Translations under genes and position numbers: made by a program | The notes under the pieces: model-generated | What the model was told of the DNA's origin: nothing | Database searches by the model: none | Seen by the model: the letters and a program-made list of their open reading frames with translations, nothing else | Part shown: positions 1 through 9,869 of the stretch, in pieces | Numbering within the stretch: position 1 is the first letter of the stretch | How the letters are laid out: the number at the start of each line of letters is the position of its first letter | IMG/VR virus record: IMGVR_UViG_3300025417_000001 | Direction: 5' to 3' (one strand) | DNA from: an uncultured virus (IMG/VR IMGVR_UViG_3300025417_000001) | Lineage: Duplodnaviria; Heunggongvirae; Uroviricota; Caudoviricetes | Length of the DNA: 35,649 nt

Positions 1-978
1 GCCATCGTTTCCTTGTCCAACAGTTCCTGAACCATGACTAAATAAACCACCACCACCAGAACCGCCAGATGCTGGAGCAGGCGTACTTCCATAACCTCCA
101 GCGGACCCTCCTCCAACTGCAGCAGTTAAAGCACCAAAGGTACTATTGTTACCGCTTGTTCCACCATAATTATCACTTGAAGGTGTTTGTGGGTAACCTT
201 TTCCGCCGTTACCTCCACCACCTACTACTACGTTATAACTTCCTAAAGTTAAAGGCTGCGATAGCAACGGAAGTAATCCACCTGCACCGCCACCGCCACC
301 ATTATTTCCAGCGCCACCGCCACCGCCAGCAATTAACAAAACATCCACTAGGGCTGGGCTTGGGGTTACTGAAGAGCTTGCATTAGAGTACGCAGAAGTT
401 CCGTTTGCATTAACGGCTGCAATAGTAAAAGTATAAGACGTTCCTGTTGCAAATGTTCCTGTAACAGTGAGTGGGCTAGATGTTCCAGATGTAGAAAGAG
501 AGATAGAAGGTGTGGAACTTACTGTGTAAGAAGTTATAGAAGAGCCACCTGTAGCACCAGCAGTAAATGCAAGACTGACTGTTGATGTGTTAGTTACAGT
601 TGCGGTTGGGGTTCCTGGAACATCAGGGGCTGATGTGGCAGTAATGCTATTACTAGAAGAAGATGCCGCACCTGCGCCTGAAGAGTTTGTTGCTTGGGCG
701 GTAAAAGTATATGCAGTACCAGATTGAAGACCAGTAACAGTAACAGGAGATGTACCAGTACCAGTAAAACCGCCAGGTGAAGATGTGACTGTATAACCAG
801 TTACAGGGCCGCCAGTTGCAGCGTTCCCAGTGATAGTTACAGTAGCCGCACCATTGTTATAGGCACTACCTGTTCCTATGTTAGTTGCGGTACCAATAGT
901 TGGAGCATCAGGTAAATCAAAGATAACTCTTGAAGGGTCGCTAATGCTGGCACCACGGAGGTACTTATAGTTAGCCAT
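1..978 (-). CDS. Virion fibre/adhesin with two fibronectin type III-like domains and a Gly-rich domain (3' truncated by window edge; absent from ORF track)
   Basis: ATG at 978 after AGAAAGGAA; frame open to position 1. Reads MANYKYLRG...PDAPTIGTAT...GYTVTSSPG...VTGLQSGTAYTFTAQATNSSGAG, second repeat PDVPGTPTAT...GTSYTFTIAAVNANGTS, then VDVLLIAGGGGG. Confidence 0.85.
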   Translation of the reverse strand, partial: MANYKYLRGASISDPSRVIFDLPDAPTIGTATNIGTGSAYNNGAATVTITGNAATGGPVTGYTVTSSPGGFTGTGTSPVTVTGLQSGTAYTFTAQATNSSGAGAASSSSNSITATSAPDVPGTPTATVTNTSTVSLAFTAGATGGSSITSYTVSSTPSISLSTSGTSSPLTVTGTFATGTSYTFTIAAVNANGTSAYSNASSSVTPSPALVDVLLIAGGGGGAGNNGGGGGAGGLLPLLSQPLTLGSYNVVVGGGGNGGKGYPQTPSSDNYGGTSGNNSTFGALTAAVGGGSAGGYGSTPAPASGGSGGGGLFSHGSGTVGQGNDG

Positions 979-1001
979 TAGTTTCCTTTCTTAGTATCAG
1001 G

Positions 1002-1178
1002 TTATTCGGTTGGTGTTGGGTCAATAAACTTGGTGCCGTCGTATCCCCAACCAATTAATGCGTCACCTGCTGCAATCTCTACAACAGTTTGAATTTCTGT
1101 AAGAGGTACATCAGAAGATGCTTCAGCAAGAACTATATTGATAACTTTTGAATTTTCAATAATTGCAAAGTCAGCCAT
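1002..1178 (-). CDS. 58-aa putative fibre assembly chaperone (absent from ORF track)
   Basis: GGAG RBS; MADFAIIENSKVINIVLAE...IGWGYDGTKFIDPTPTE; paralog of 2887..3072. Confidence 0.75.
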   Translation of the reverse strand: MADFAIIENSKVINIVLAEASSDVPLTEIQTVVEIAAGDALIGWGYDGTKFIDPTPTE

Positions 1179-1189
1179 TTAATATCTCC

Positions 1190-2074
1190 TTAGTAGTACA
1201 GGTAAACAATTCCATTACCGCCGTTACCTCCCTTGCCTGGAGAACCACCAGAAGTGCTACCACTTCCTCCTCCGCCACCGCCACCAGCGCCGCCATTGCC
1301 TCCATTACCGCCTTGGTTTGAGTTAGCGTAACTACCTGTTCCTCCATTGCCTGCATAACCTGCGCCACCGCCACCGCCAGGAGAGCCGTAAGAGCCGTTG
1401 CTTCCAGAAGAATTACCTCCAGTGTAAAGTCTAGAGTTTCCTCCTGCTCCCGCTGGATTATTGCCAGCAGGACCGTTGTTTGCTCCCGTTCCGCCTCCAC
1501 CACCTCCAGTTAATCCAGAACCTCCATTAGAACCACTAGAGCCAGAACCAGCAGCCCAAAAACCGCCGTCTCCACCGCCTCCAGCACCTTCAACTGCCAT
1601 GGCTTGTCCAGCAGCAGCACGTTGCATTCCGCCATTATTTGCGGTTGAAGAACCGTGTCCACCAATTGGGTACCCACCTGCACCACCACAACCAGTTCCC
1701 GTAGCATTAGAACCAGCATTCCAAACACTGTTACCGCCCAGACCACCGTTTGCACTAATATTTCCGTAAGAAGATGCGCCTCCAGAACCTCCTGTATTGG
1801 CGTTAGTTCCATACGGAGCGTTATTACCTGTTCCTCCAGAACCAATAGTTACTACAGATGTAGCAGCAGTAAATCCCCAAGCAACACCGCCACCTCCACC
1901 TCCACCAGCGCCAGAGCCACCGCCATTATTACCAGCAGCACCTCCACCTCCACCACCAACGACAATAGCAAATACAGTGTTAACGTTTGCAGGGATTGAA
2001 ATAGTATTAGAGGAGTTAGTGATAGTTTGTTGCAGCGATGCTGCTCCTGTTATTGCTGGTATTGTAATAGCCAT
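1190..2074 (-). CDS. Glycine-rich virion protein (putative polyglycine-II adhesin tip)
   Basis: AAGGAG RBS; VFAIVVGGGGGG and many GGxGG runs; ends GNGIVYLYY. Confidence 0.8.
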   Translation of the reverse strand: MAITIPAITGAASLQQTITNSSNTISIPANVNTVFAIVVGGGGGGAAGNNGGGSGAGGGGGGGVAWGFTAATSVVTIGSGGTGNNAPYGTNANTGGSGGASSYGNISANGGLGGNSVWNAGSNATGTGCGGAGGYPIGGHGSSTANNGGMQRAAAGQAMAVEGAGGGGDGGFWAAGSGSSGSNGGSGLTGGGGGGTGANNGPAGNNPAGAGGNSRLYTGGNSSGSNGSYGSPGGGGGAGYAGNGGTGSYANSNQGGNGGNGGAGGGGGGGSGSTSGGSPGKGGNGGNGIVYLYY

Positions 2075-2083
2075 GTTGTCTCC

Positions 2084-2338
2084 TTAGTAATATAAGTACA
2101 GATTAGTTCCAGAAGTACTGGATAAACAACTGTAATAGTAAATTCCATTTGTAAGAGAAAAAGAAGTATCTGCTGGAACCCATCCTTCTGCTGTGGCAGA
2201 AGTTGGTGATGCGCCAATAATTGCGTAAACAAATCCATTAGCAGATGGGATTGTTACAGAACCTGTAGAGGTAATAGTCTGTTGAAGAGTGGCAAGTTTT
2301 GTGCCACCCGCAGATACTGGGGAAAATAAAGGACTCAT
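2084..2338 (-). CDS. Short paralog of the Gly-rich protein lacking the Gly runs
   Basis: Shares LQQTIT..S..IP...V.AI and terminal YLYY with 1190..2074; AAGGAG RBS. Confidence 0.7.
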   Translation of the reverse strand: MSPLFSPVSAGGTKLATLQQTITSTGSVTIPSANGFVYAIIGASPTSATAEGWVPADTSFSLTNGIYYYSCLSSTSGTNLYLYY

Positions 2339-2347
2339 CTGTTCTCC

Positions 2348-2845
2348 TTATGCGTACTTAATAGGGCCAGCGGCAAGAATAGTGTATGTAGGAGTTGCTG
2401 CAGTCTTAACTATGGTGAATGAATAAGCATCAGTTGCTGAGGCACTTCCAGCGGTAGGAGCTGTGCCACCTGACCACTTGACTGTAACTCCTGATGTAGA
2501 ACCATCTACCTGGTATGCATTTGCATAATATGCAGTTGTTCCATTTGTTACTAGTAGGCTGCAGGTGATCGCATCTCCAGTACCTAGAGATGAAGCAAGA
2601 GTTGTACTTGAGTTGCCACGGAAGTTGACTGTGAAGTTAGATGTGGTAGATGCGGTTGAATAGTAGACACCTTGAGTTAGAGCATCATAGTTAAATGTCG
2701 CTGTAATTGCGCTGGTAGATACTGTTGTTAATTCTTTTGGCGCAACTAATTCAAGGTTAGATACAGAGGTAGAAGCAGACCCTAAAGTCAGGGTTGAAGA
2801 ACCTAGGGTTGTTGTACCGTAGGCGTTAGTTCTGGCTTTGGTCAT
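2348..2845 (-). CDS. Putative tail-fibre-associated beta-sandwich protein
   Basis: Ser/Thr-rich; TVKWSGGTAPT...DAYSFTIVKT motif typical of phage fibre C-terminal domains. Confidence 0.65.
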   Translation of the reverse strand: MTKARTNAYGTTTLGSSTLTLGSASTSVSNLELVAPKELTTVSTSAITATFNYDALTQGVYYSTASTTSNFTVNFRGNSSTTLASSLGTGDAITCSLLVTNGTTAYYANAYQVDGSTSGVTVKWSGGTAPTAGSASATDAYSFTIVKTAATPTYTILAAGPIKYA

Positions 2846-2886
2846 TTATCTTCCTTTACTATTACTGATAAATAATACTTTGTATA

Positions 2887-3072
2887 TTATTCTGTTGGAG
2901 CGTTAAAGAAGGCGCTACCATCAATTCCTGATGGGAATGTCCAACCATTAGTGTATTCAATGTATTTGCCAGGATTAGCGGCAACTACTTCATCTTCTAC
3001 ACCAACAATTACATTTACTACTTTGTTATCTTCAATAACCGCAAACTTACGGTCTTCAGGACGTAATGTCAT
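2887..3072 (-). CDS. Putative fibre assembly chaperone
   Basis: FAVIEDNKVVNVIV motif; follows a Gly-rich gene; paralog of 1002..1178. Confidence 0.7.
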   Translation of the reverse strand: MTLRPEDRKFAVIEDNKVVNVIVGVEDEVVAANPGKYIEYTNGWTFPSGIDGSAFFNAPTE

Positions 3073-3082
3073 TTATATCTCC

Positions 3083-3589
3083 TTATAACCAATACTCAAT
3101 ATCAATTTTACCGTTACCACCAGCACCGCCGTTTCCACCTGAAGGAGCAGCACCTCCACTACCGCCCGCACCAATAGCGTAAGAGATTGATGCCCCTGGA
3201 GTTGTTGAAACAATACTAGTTACAACATCGCCGCTTCCACCGTTTTTCCCAATCAATATACCAGCGTTAGAATATGGAGCAGTGCCGCCCATACCACCTT
3301 GTGCTAAGGCTCCAGTACTTCCTGTAAAAGATTGGTTTGTGTTTGCTAGGTTGGCACCAGGACCACCATTAGCAGACGTTGCTCCAGTAAAGGTAGTATT
3401 TCCACCAGCGCTTGCAGCAGTTCCGTAGTTAGCGGGGTTGGCTGGTTGTCCACCACCACCTGCACCGTACAAGGTCACGTTTACATATGTAACGCCAGCA
3501 GGTACAGTCCAAGAAGTTCCTGATGTAAGAGTTAAGCAATAACGAGTTTTGCTACCAGCAGCAGGTGCTGGATATACTGAGTAGCCCAT
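3083..3589 (-). CDS. Glycine-rich virion protein
   Basis: TSGTSWTVPAGVTYVNVTLYGAGGGG...GGNGKIDIEYW. Confidence 0.8.
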   Translation of the reverse strand: MGYSVYPAPAAGSKTRYCLTLTSGTSWTVPAGVTYVNVTLYGAGGGGQPANPANYGTAASAGGNTTFTGATSANGGPGANLANTNQSFTGSTGALAQGGMGGTAPYSNAGILIGKNGGSGDVVTSIVSTTPGASISYAIGAGGSGGAAPSGGNGGAGGNGKIDIEYWL

Positions 3590-3591
3590 GG

Positions 3592-3906
3592 TTATGCGAT
3601 CTCCACTCCACTGATGTGAAAGTTAACTGTTGTAGCGGATGCAGAGCCTTTTATTGTTTTAGGGGTTGCATTTGCCGCTAGTACTTGCTTTAAATCAAAG
3701 AACGCCGTTGTGCTCGCTGCGATTGTGGCAGCAGTCATTAAGTCAATGTTGTCTAGAGTCACAGTGAATGTCTGTGCAGATGTAGAGGTGTTAGTGACAG
3801 CGATGTTAGTTACCACCGTGGTAGTGCTTGAGTTTGGCACTGTATATAGGGTGGTTGAAGAGGTAGCCGCTGCTGCCCTCGCTAGTGATTGTGCTGTAAC
3901 TGCCAT
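3592..3906 (-). CDS. Small virion adaptor-like protein
   Basis: TTLYTVP...VVTNIAVTN...HISGVEIA; paralog of 4361..4690. Confidence 0.7.
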   Translation of the reverse strand: MAVTAQSLARAAAATSSTTLYTVPNSSTTTVVTNIAVTNTSTSAQTFTVTLDNIDLMTAATIAASTTAFFDLKQVLAANATPKTIKGSASATTVNFHISGVEIA

Positions 3907-4361
3907 TATAGAGACGCTCCCATAACTGTTAGGATTTGAAGGTCATCGCCCCAACGAACACCTGTGGTGGTGCTTGAATCGGCAATAAGTGTTTGTCGGT
4001 TGCTGCCAACTCCAACTCTTGAAATGGCGCCAGCACCAGTGGCGGCTAATAAGTCGCCCTTGGTTGTTACTGTAGCCGAAGAGATTGCAGTTGGAATAGC
4101 AAAAGGTACGAACGAAATAATTTCAACGTTATCTCCTGCAACCAGTGCGGTTAGAGAAGAGATTGTTGTTCCATCATTAGCGGCGTAATCTTGACCACGA
4201 ACTAGAAGAGAACCGTTTAAGTAGACTTCTTCTTTACCCGCCAAGTACGTCAGGGCGTTGCCACTGGCATCGTTTCCTGAAAGAGAGGTCTCGCCACCAG
4301 CAGCTACGAACCGATAACGGTTTACTGTGGAGGCTACGCCATTAACGCTAGAAATTGACAC
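3906..4361 (-). CDS. Virion structural protein (short fibre stalk)
   Basis: EVYLNGSLLVRGQDY and TTKGDLLAATG phage fibre motifs; C-terminal ILTVMGASL. Confidence 0.7.
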   Translation of the reverse strand: MSISSVNGVASTVNRYRFVAAGGETSLSGNDASGNALTYLAGKEEVYLNGSLLVRGQDYAANDGTTISSLTALVAGDNVEIISFVPFAIPTAISSATVTTKGDLLAATGAGAISRVGVGSNRQTLIADSSTTTGVRWGDDLQILTVMGASL

Positions 4362-4690
4362 TAGGAAATCTCACTTCCGAATGCGGAGAATGATAGGTTT
4401 GCAGTAGATGCGTAAACTTGAATCTTATCGCCAGATGCTAGGGTAAGACCTAGTGTTAGGGCTGTTGTGTCTGATGCAGCAACAGTAGCTCCGTATACAA
4501 TCCAGTGCTTTGAAACTGTTGAGGTATCTGCTGAAGGACGTACTGCGATGCGGTATGTAGCAGCAGATGCAGTCTGGTTACAGATAGTTACGGTAGAGAC
4601 CACAGCAGCAGCGCCAGCTGTATAAAGTGTGGTTTCTGTAGTCGCTGATGGGTTTGATTGACCCAAGACTTTATAAGTGGTAGTTGCCAT
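4361..4690 (-). CDS. Small virion adaptor-like protein
   Basis: YKVLGQSNPSATTETTLYT...FSAFGSEIS; AAGGAG RBS. Confidence 0.75.
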   Translation of the reverse strand: MATTTYKVLGQSNPSATTETTLYTAGAAAVVSTVTICNQTASAATYRIAVRPSADTSTVSKHWIVYGATVAASDTTALTLGLTLASGDKIQVYASTANLSFSAFGSEIS

Positions 4691-4746
4691 GGAACTCCTT
4701 AAAGGTGGTGTCTTTAGTATGCCCTAAAGGGCGGGGTTTGTAGGGG

Positions 4747-6003
4747 CTAAATAAAACATTCTTTGTTACGAGTAGCCAGGGCTGGATTTACCCATATCTG
4801 GTCTTGGATAAGTTCTCCCCACTCGTGTGAGGTATCCGCTAATACGAACCCTTGGGCGCGCATAAATTCAGCTACTTCTTCGCTGGTTTTGTGCTCTGGT
4901 GTGGTAGATGTTTTCTCTGTTTCTAAATGAAATAGTTTAACATCTTTTAGTCTATCTCCAAAGCCTTGAAGTACCTGCCAAGTATAACCTTCAGTATCCA
5001 CTTTAACCACATCTATATGCCCATCTACATTTTCTTTTGTTAGAAGGGTGTCCATACGAGATGATGGAACGGTTATCTGCTTAACCTTTCCTTCATAGAA
5101 CTTAGGTGGCGGATTTACTGAATGCTCTTTACTAATGATAGAGGAAGTCCCTAAGACCTCAATGTTATCTGTGTTGACTTGATTAAAGGTCACTTCCCCA
5201 TCTATCTCTGTAATAGCGCAGCAGTATGCAGCCATCCATGGGTAGCGAGCCTTAGTTATATTAAAGCAGACTGGATTGGCATCAATAACGATTGCTTTAG
5301 AACCTCTGAGCTCTTTAATAAAGTAGCTAGCATCATCACCGTCTCTGGTTCCCACATCAATAATAAGAGGAGCCTTGGCGCCAAAATACTTTCTATAGTT
5401 AGTTATTACTGGCTCAAGAGGGGAGATGTAATCAGGGGTATCATCAATAGTCTTTAGATTGTTGACAATTGCTGCCCTATACATTTGTGCAATATCTTCA
5501 TCTAGTAGTTCGCGGAAGAGATTGATGGCTTCATCTTTACGACCTACCCACCAACCAGATACGCCTTTCTCAAAGCGCAGTGCATATTCTCCTGGGTAGT
5601 CCACCCATATAGGAAGTGGGTTTTGTTTGTGTTGGGCTAGCGATAAACCTACCTCAGCAGTTGTATAAGACTCCTGCCACTTCTGCTTGCGCTCATACCA
5701 TCTAGCTAATAAGAACCATGCTTCTGGTCTACCTGGTAGAAAGGCAATAGCTTTTAGGAATAGATTAATAACAGTGTTCTCACGGTTCTTTTGGCTTTCA
5801 AAACAGAACGAAGACTTGAGCAAAGAAGCGTATACATAATCTGGATGTGAATAATATCCATACTCTGCTGTGCGTAGATAGAATGAAACAGCAGATGCTG
5901 TCTGTCCTATCTTTTCATACTCAACCGCGATATTAAAGCTAAGTACTGGGTTGAATGGGTCTTTAGAAAGAGTGATGATAAGGTCATCAATTTGCTTATA
6001 CAA
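4747..6003 (-). CDS. TPR-repeat + FkbM-family SAM-dependent methyltransferase fusion
   Basis: N-terminal TPR-like helices (AVSFYLRTAE, KAIAFLPGRPEAWFLLARWYE); C-terminal IIDVGTRDG, VIDANP, IDVVKVDTEG FkbM motifs. Confidence 0.85.
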   Translation of the reverse strand: MYKQIDDLIITLSKDPFNPVLSFNIAVEYEKIGQTASAVSFYLRTAEYGYYSHPDYVYASLLKSSFCFESQKNRENTVINLFLKAIAFLPGRPEAWFLLARWYERKQKWQESYTTAEVGLSLAQHKQNPLPIWVDYPGEYALRFEKGVSGWWVGRKDEAINLFRELLDEDIAQMYRAAIVNNLKTIDDTPDYISPLEPVITNYRKYFGAKAPLIIDVGTRDGDDASYFIKELRGSKAIVIDANPVCFNITKARYPWMAAYCCAITEIDGEVTFNQVNTDNIEVLGTSSIISKEHSVNPPPKFYEGKVKQITVPSSRMDTLLTKENVDGHIDVVKVDTEGYTWQVLQGFGDRLKDVKLFHLETEKTSTTPEHKTSEEVAEFMRAQGFVLADTSHEWGELIQDQIWVNPALATRNKECFI

Positions 6004-6994
6004 TTAGGGCCTCCTGAATCAATTCTTCTACCAAGGCGTTAGGCACATCTAGAATGAACGCCGCATTATCTTGAAAGCCAAAACTTATAAGTAAATTATC
6101 ATTGTATTTAGCTGCTCCCGCGCAGAACTCAATTTGACCATCTAGGAATGACCATGACTGTGGAGAGATGCCGATAAGGTTAAACTCCTTATCCCACACG
6201 CATAGGCGGTGGCGATAGGTACCGTTCTTTTGTTTTAGATAGTTTTTATATAGAACAACCTCATGGGTAATAGCAATGTAGTAATCACCCCAAGGGATTA
6301 ACTGGGAGCCCCCACGCTGATCCGCGTTAGCTGTCTTACCTTGTTTAACAGATACTTGTTCAGACTTAGGCTCATTAGGGTCAACCTTAACTACCTCAGT
6401 AGGAACTGTCCATTTAACATAGTGATAGTCTTTATCTAAGATAGGCATCCAGTTCTTTTCACAGTAGGATGACTCATCTATAGGCGCTGGTATTCTAATG
6501 CGAGATACTTCTTTAGCTGTCCAAGCTTCTTTATCTACTTCTAGCTCTGATAGCTCCATACGGCCTTGACCGTTGGTAGTGGTATCTCTACGAACACCTG
6601 TTCCATAATACTTACCGCCCCATTTAACTAGGCGAGCATCTTCTAATCCTACGAATGTCCAGATAGGTTTAACATCTAATTTGTTGGTGTCAATAGGGCA
6701 GTAGTTAGTAATGTTTAAATCTTCATCAAGGCGCAGAAGATAATTATCTGTAACAAGACGCTGGTCTTCTTCTGGATGTAGATAAGACAGCGGTCCCCAA
6801 ATACTAGGGAAGCGTTGATTATTTTCTGCGTGATACAGTGTGTAATTGATATGGCGCAGAATACAAAGTATTTCTCCATCATCATCTATAAAAATAGATG
6901 GGTTCATCAACCCAGTACCTTGAGTATCTTTTGATGGAATGATTAGCGGTTTTAATTTACCGCCTTTTTGTACCGATTTTTGTACCAGATTCAT
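5996..6994 (-). CDS. Five-bladed beta-propeller glyco-enzyme (GH130/GT91/GT108-like)
   Basis: Motifs NPSI, GLEDARL, EKNWMP, RGGSQL, THE, IEFCAG, SFGFQD. Confidence 0.75.
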   Translation of the reverse strand: MNLVQKSVQKGGKLKPLIIPSKDTQGTGLMNPSIFIDDDGEILCILRHINYTLYHAENNQRFPSIWGPLSYLHPEEDQRLVTDNYLLRLDEDLNITNYCPIDTNKLDVKPIWTFVGLEDARLVKWGGKYYGTGVRRDTTTNGQGRMELSELEVDKEAWTAKEVSRIRIPAPIDESSYCEKNWMPILDKDYHYVKWTVPTEVVKVDPNEPKSEQVSVKQGKTANADQRGGSQLIPWGDYYIAITHEVVLYKNYLKQKNGTYRHRLCVWDKEFNLIGISPQSWSFLDGQIEFCAGAAKYNDNLLISFGFQDNAAFILDVPNALVEELIQEALIV

Positions 6995-7000
6995 TAGAGA

Positions 7001-7006
7001 AGTGTA
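7001..7006 (-). promoter_or_regulatory. -10 element for probable leaderless transcript of the glyco-enzyme cassette
   Basis: TACACT 6 nt upstream of ATG 6994; no SD sequence in between. Confidence 0.55.
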
Positions 7007-9649
7007 CTACATACCACCATACAATAAGATTGTTACAGTTGGATCAGCAGCAGTAGTTCCAGTTAAACCTTGGATACCTTGTGTACCTTGCGTTCCAGTT
7101 GCGCCTTGAGTACCAGTTGTACCAGTTGTACCTTGCGGTCCTTGAATACCTTGAGTTCCCTGGGTACCTGTCGCACCTTGCGTTCCTGTAGCACCTTGCG
7201 CACCAGTCGTTCCCTGCGCGCCTGTTGTGCCTTGCGCACCAGTTGTTCCCTGGAATCCTTGAACGCCTTGAATACCCTGTGTACCTTGCGCTCCAGTGGT
7301 TCCCTGAGCACCAGTAGTTCCCTGTGCTCCAGTTGCGCCTTGTGTTCCTGTGGCTCCCTGTGAACCTGTAGTTCCTTGAGTTCCTTGGATACCTATGGCA
7401 CCATCAAGGTTTACTGTCCAAGATGTATATGTTCCTGAACCAAGACTTCTAGTTACAGCTACTGTTAACGCGCCAGTACTAGAGTTATAAGTGGTTACAT
7501 CTGCGTAAATAATATTTGAGCTTGTGTTAGCAATGATTACTGATTGTCCAACAGAGTAAGAAAGGTTAGTTCCTACAGTTAGAGTTTGAGCACCACTTGC
7601 TGGAAGCGTTAAAGAGGTAGTAGACGATGTTTGGTACTTATCTCCTGCAGTTCCTTGTGAACCAACGTTTCCTTGGATACCTTGGGTTCCCTGTGTTCCA
7701 GTAGCACCCTGTGTACCAGTCGCTCCTTGTGAACCAGTGGTTCCCTGTGAACCCGTTGTACCCTGAGCGCCAGTGGTTCCTTGGAAACCTTGAACCCCTT
7801 GTACGCCTTGTAATCCTTGTGTGCCTTGAGAACCTGTGGTTCCTTGTGAGCCCGTTGTTCCTTGCGCACCAGTGGCTCCTTGCGCTCCTGTTGTACCTTG
7901 GGCGCCAGTGTAACCTTGTACACCTGTTGCACCAGTAGAACCTTGAGCGCCTGTTGAACCCTGCGCACCAGTAGTTCCTTGTGAACCTGTAGTACCAGTA
8001 GCACCCTGAGCACCAGTAGAACCTGTTGAACCTTGTGTTCCCGTGGTTCCCTGTGCACCAGTTGTTCCTTGGCTACCAATAGTACCTTGGATTCCTTGTG
8101 CGCCAGTAGTTCCTTGTGCGCCTGTAGTTCCCTGAGAACCAGTGGCACCTTGGGTACCTGTTGTGCCTTGTGCCCCAGTAGTTCCTTGAGTTCCAGTAGA
8201 GCCTTGAGCACCTGTATCACCAGTTGTGCCTTGTGACCCAGTAGAGCCTGTAGAACCTTGTGTACCAGTATTGCCCTGAACTCCTTGAGTTCCAGTAGTG
8301 CCTTGTGAGCCCGTGGTACCTTGTGAGCCAGTAGTTCCTTGAGGACCAGTATTGCCCTGTGTGCCAGTGGTTCCTTGGCTACCAGTGATTCCTTGAGAAC
8401 CAGTAGAGCCTTGAATACCTACAGCTCCATCTAAGTTAACAGTCCAAGAAGCATATGTACCTGTACCAACGCTGCGGTCATTAGTAAATGTAAGTGAGCC
8501 TGAGCCTGATGTATAAGCGGTAACAGTTCCATAAACAATATGTGTTGCGTCATAAGCAACTACAAGGTTTTGTCCTACTGAGTAATTAAGGGCAGTTCCT
8601 ACTGTAATAGTTGTTGTACCACTTGAAGAGAGCGCAAAAGAAGTGGTTGAGGATGTAGCGTACCTATCGCTTGCGGTTCCTTGAACACCTTGGCTACCAG
8701 TTGTGCCCTGTGTTCCTGTAGTTCCTTGGCTTCCTGTTGTGCCTTGCGCACCAGTTGTGCCTTGAGTTCCATTAGTGCCTTGAGAACCTGTAGCACCTTG
8801 TGAACCAATAATTCCTTGGATACCTTGAATACCAGTTGTACCTTGCGAACCTGTAGAGCCAGTTGTTCCTTGGCTACCTACGATACCTTGAATGCCTTGA
8901 GCACCAGTTGTGCCTTGACTTCCAGTGATACCTTGGCTACCAGTTGTGCCTTGAACTCCTTGTGCACCAGTAGCGCCTTGTGCACCAGTCGCACCTTGTG
9001 CGCCATCAGCACCAATATAACCAGCGGTACCTTGTGCACCTGTTTGACCAGTAGCACCCTGAGTACCTGTGGTGCCCTGTGCACCCGTAGTTCCCTGCAC
9101 ACCTTGTGTACCAGTTGAACCTTGAATACCTGTTTGACCTGTAGCACCTTGAGCGCCTGTAGTTCCTTGGGCACCAATAACACCTTGTGAGCCTTGTGTT
9201 CCAAGTGCGCCTTGTGTACCTGTATATCCTTGAAGACCTTGAACACCCTGTAGTCCTTGTGTTCCTTGGGCGCCTGTGGTTCCTTGTACAGTAGGTACGT
9301 TTACATCAATTGTGTCTTGCGCGGAATGATATGTAAATGTGATGTTTGTATGAGCGCCGCTATTAAGGGCTGAAGCTACACGAGAGTTTTTAAAGTAAAG
9401 ATTTTGAACACCTTCTGATAAATCATCAGTAGAGTTAAGCGCGGATGCAGCAATAGCATCTGCGATTTCTGTGGCTAAATCAGCTGGAGTTACGGTTGCA
9501 TAATCTAAAGAATTCCATAATTTAACGCCATCACCAATTTTAAACTTACCAGTGTTGGTTTCAAAACCAATTTCACCTTGAGCAAGTTCTGGGTTATCTG
9601 CGGTCCAAGTGGTGGAGATACCACGACGTACTTGAATTCTTGTTGCCAT
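7007..9649 (-). CDS. Collagen-like fibre protein with Mtd_N-like N-terminal domain
   Basis: RIQVRRG...[23 protein letters not shown]; three long (GxQGxT)n blocks separated by two ~85-aa globular inserts. Confidence 0.9.
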   Translation of the reverse strand: MATRIQVRRGISTTWTADNPELAQGEIGFETNTGKFKIGDGVKLWNSLDYATVTPADLATEIADAIAASALNSTDDLSEGVQNLYFKNSRVASALNSGAHTNITFTYHSAQDTIDVNVPTVQGTTGAQGTQGLQGVQGLQGYTGTQGALGTQGSQGVIGAQGTTGAQGATGQTGIQGSTGTQGVQGTTGAQGTTGTQGATGQTGAQGTAGYIGADGAQGATGAQGATGAQGVQGTTGSQGITGSQGTTGAQGIQGIVGSQGTTGSTGSQGTTGIQGIQGIIGSQGATGSQGTNGTQGTTGAQGTTGSQGTTGTQGTTGSQGVQGTASDRYATSSTTSFALSSSGTTTITVGTALNYSVGQNLVVAYDATHIVYGTVTAYTSGSGSLTFTNDRSVGTGTYASWTVNLDGAVGIQGSTGSQGITGSQGTTGTQGNTGPQGTTGSQGTTGSQGTTGTQGVQGNTGTQGSTGSTGSQGTTGDTGAQGSTGTQGTTGAQGTTGTQGATGSQGTTGAQGTTGAQGIQGTIGSQGTTGAQGTTGTQGSTGSTGAQGATGTTGSQGTTGAQGSTGAQGSTGATGVQGYTGAQGTTGAQGATGAQGTTGSQGTTGSQGTQGLQGVQGVQGFQGTTGAQGTTGSQGTTGSQGATGTQGATGTQGTQGIQGNVGSQGTAGDKYQTSSTTSLTLPASGAQTLTVGTNLSYSVGQSVIIANTSSNIIYADVTTYNSSTGALTVAVTRSLGSGTYTSWTVNLDGAIGIQGTQGTTGSQGATGTQGATGAQGTTGAQGTTGAQGTQGIQGVQGFQGTTGAQGTTGAQGTTGAQGATGTQGATGTQGTQGIQGPQGTTGTTGTQGATGTQGTQGIQGLTGTTAADPTVTILLYGGM

Positions 9650-9865
9650 TTAAGCATTACCTCCATCAATCGGATTAACTCCACCAAACACTGACTCTGG
9701 TGAACCGCCATCTATACTTCCGCTAGATGCTGGGTTCCAATAAGTCCCATCAAAAGCATAAACTGTTTTCTCTGTTGAGTTAAAGTATAAGTCGCCAACA
9801 TACTGACCAGTGGGGTTAGACCCACTAGCCAGCACGTTAACAGGGACTAATGCTTTTTTACTCAT
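9650..9865 (-). CDS. Small virion fibre-associated protein
   Basis: GDLYFNS...YAFDGTYW and IDGG motifs; resembles the N-terminus of 9870..12431 (GQVYFDT...VWDGTNW). Confidence 0.7.
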   Translation of the reverse strand: MSKKALVPVNVLASGSNPTGQYVGDLYFNSTEKTVYAFDGTYWNPASSGSIDGGSPESVFGGVNPIDGGNA

Positions 9866-9869
9866 TTAT

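Noticed and set aside
69..2087. Pro-rich or His-rich plus-strand ORFs
   Set aside because: Antisense shadows of Gly-rich genes
9500..9649. Mtd_N-like domain suggesting a diversity-generating retroelement
   Set aside because: No reverse transcriptase, no C-type lectin variable region and no TR/VR pair differing at adenines seen in the window
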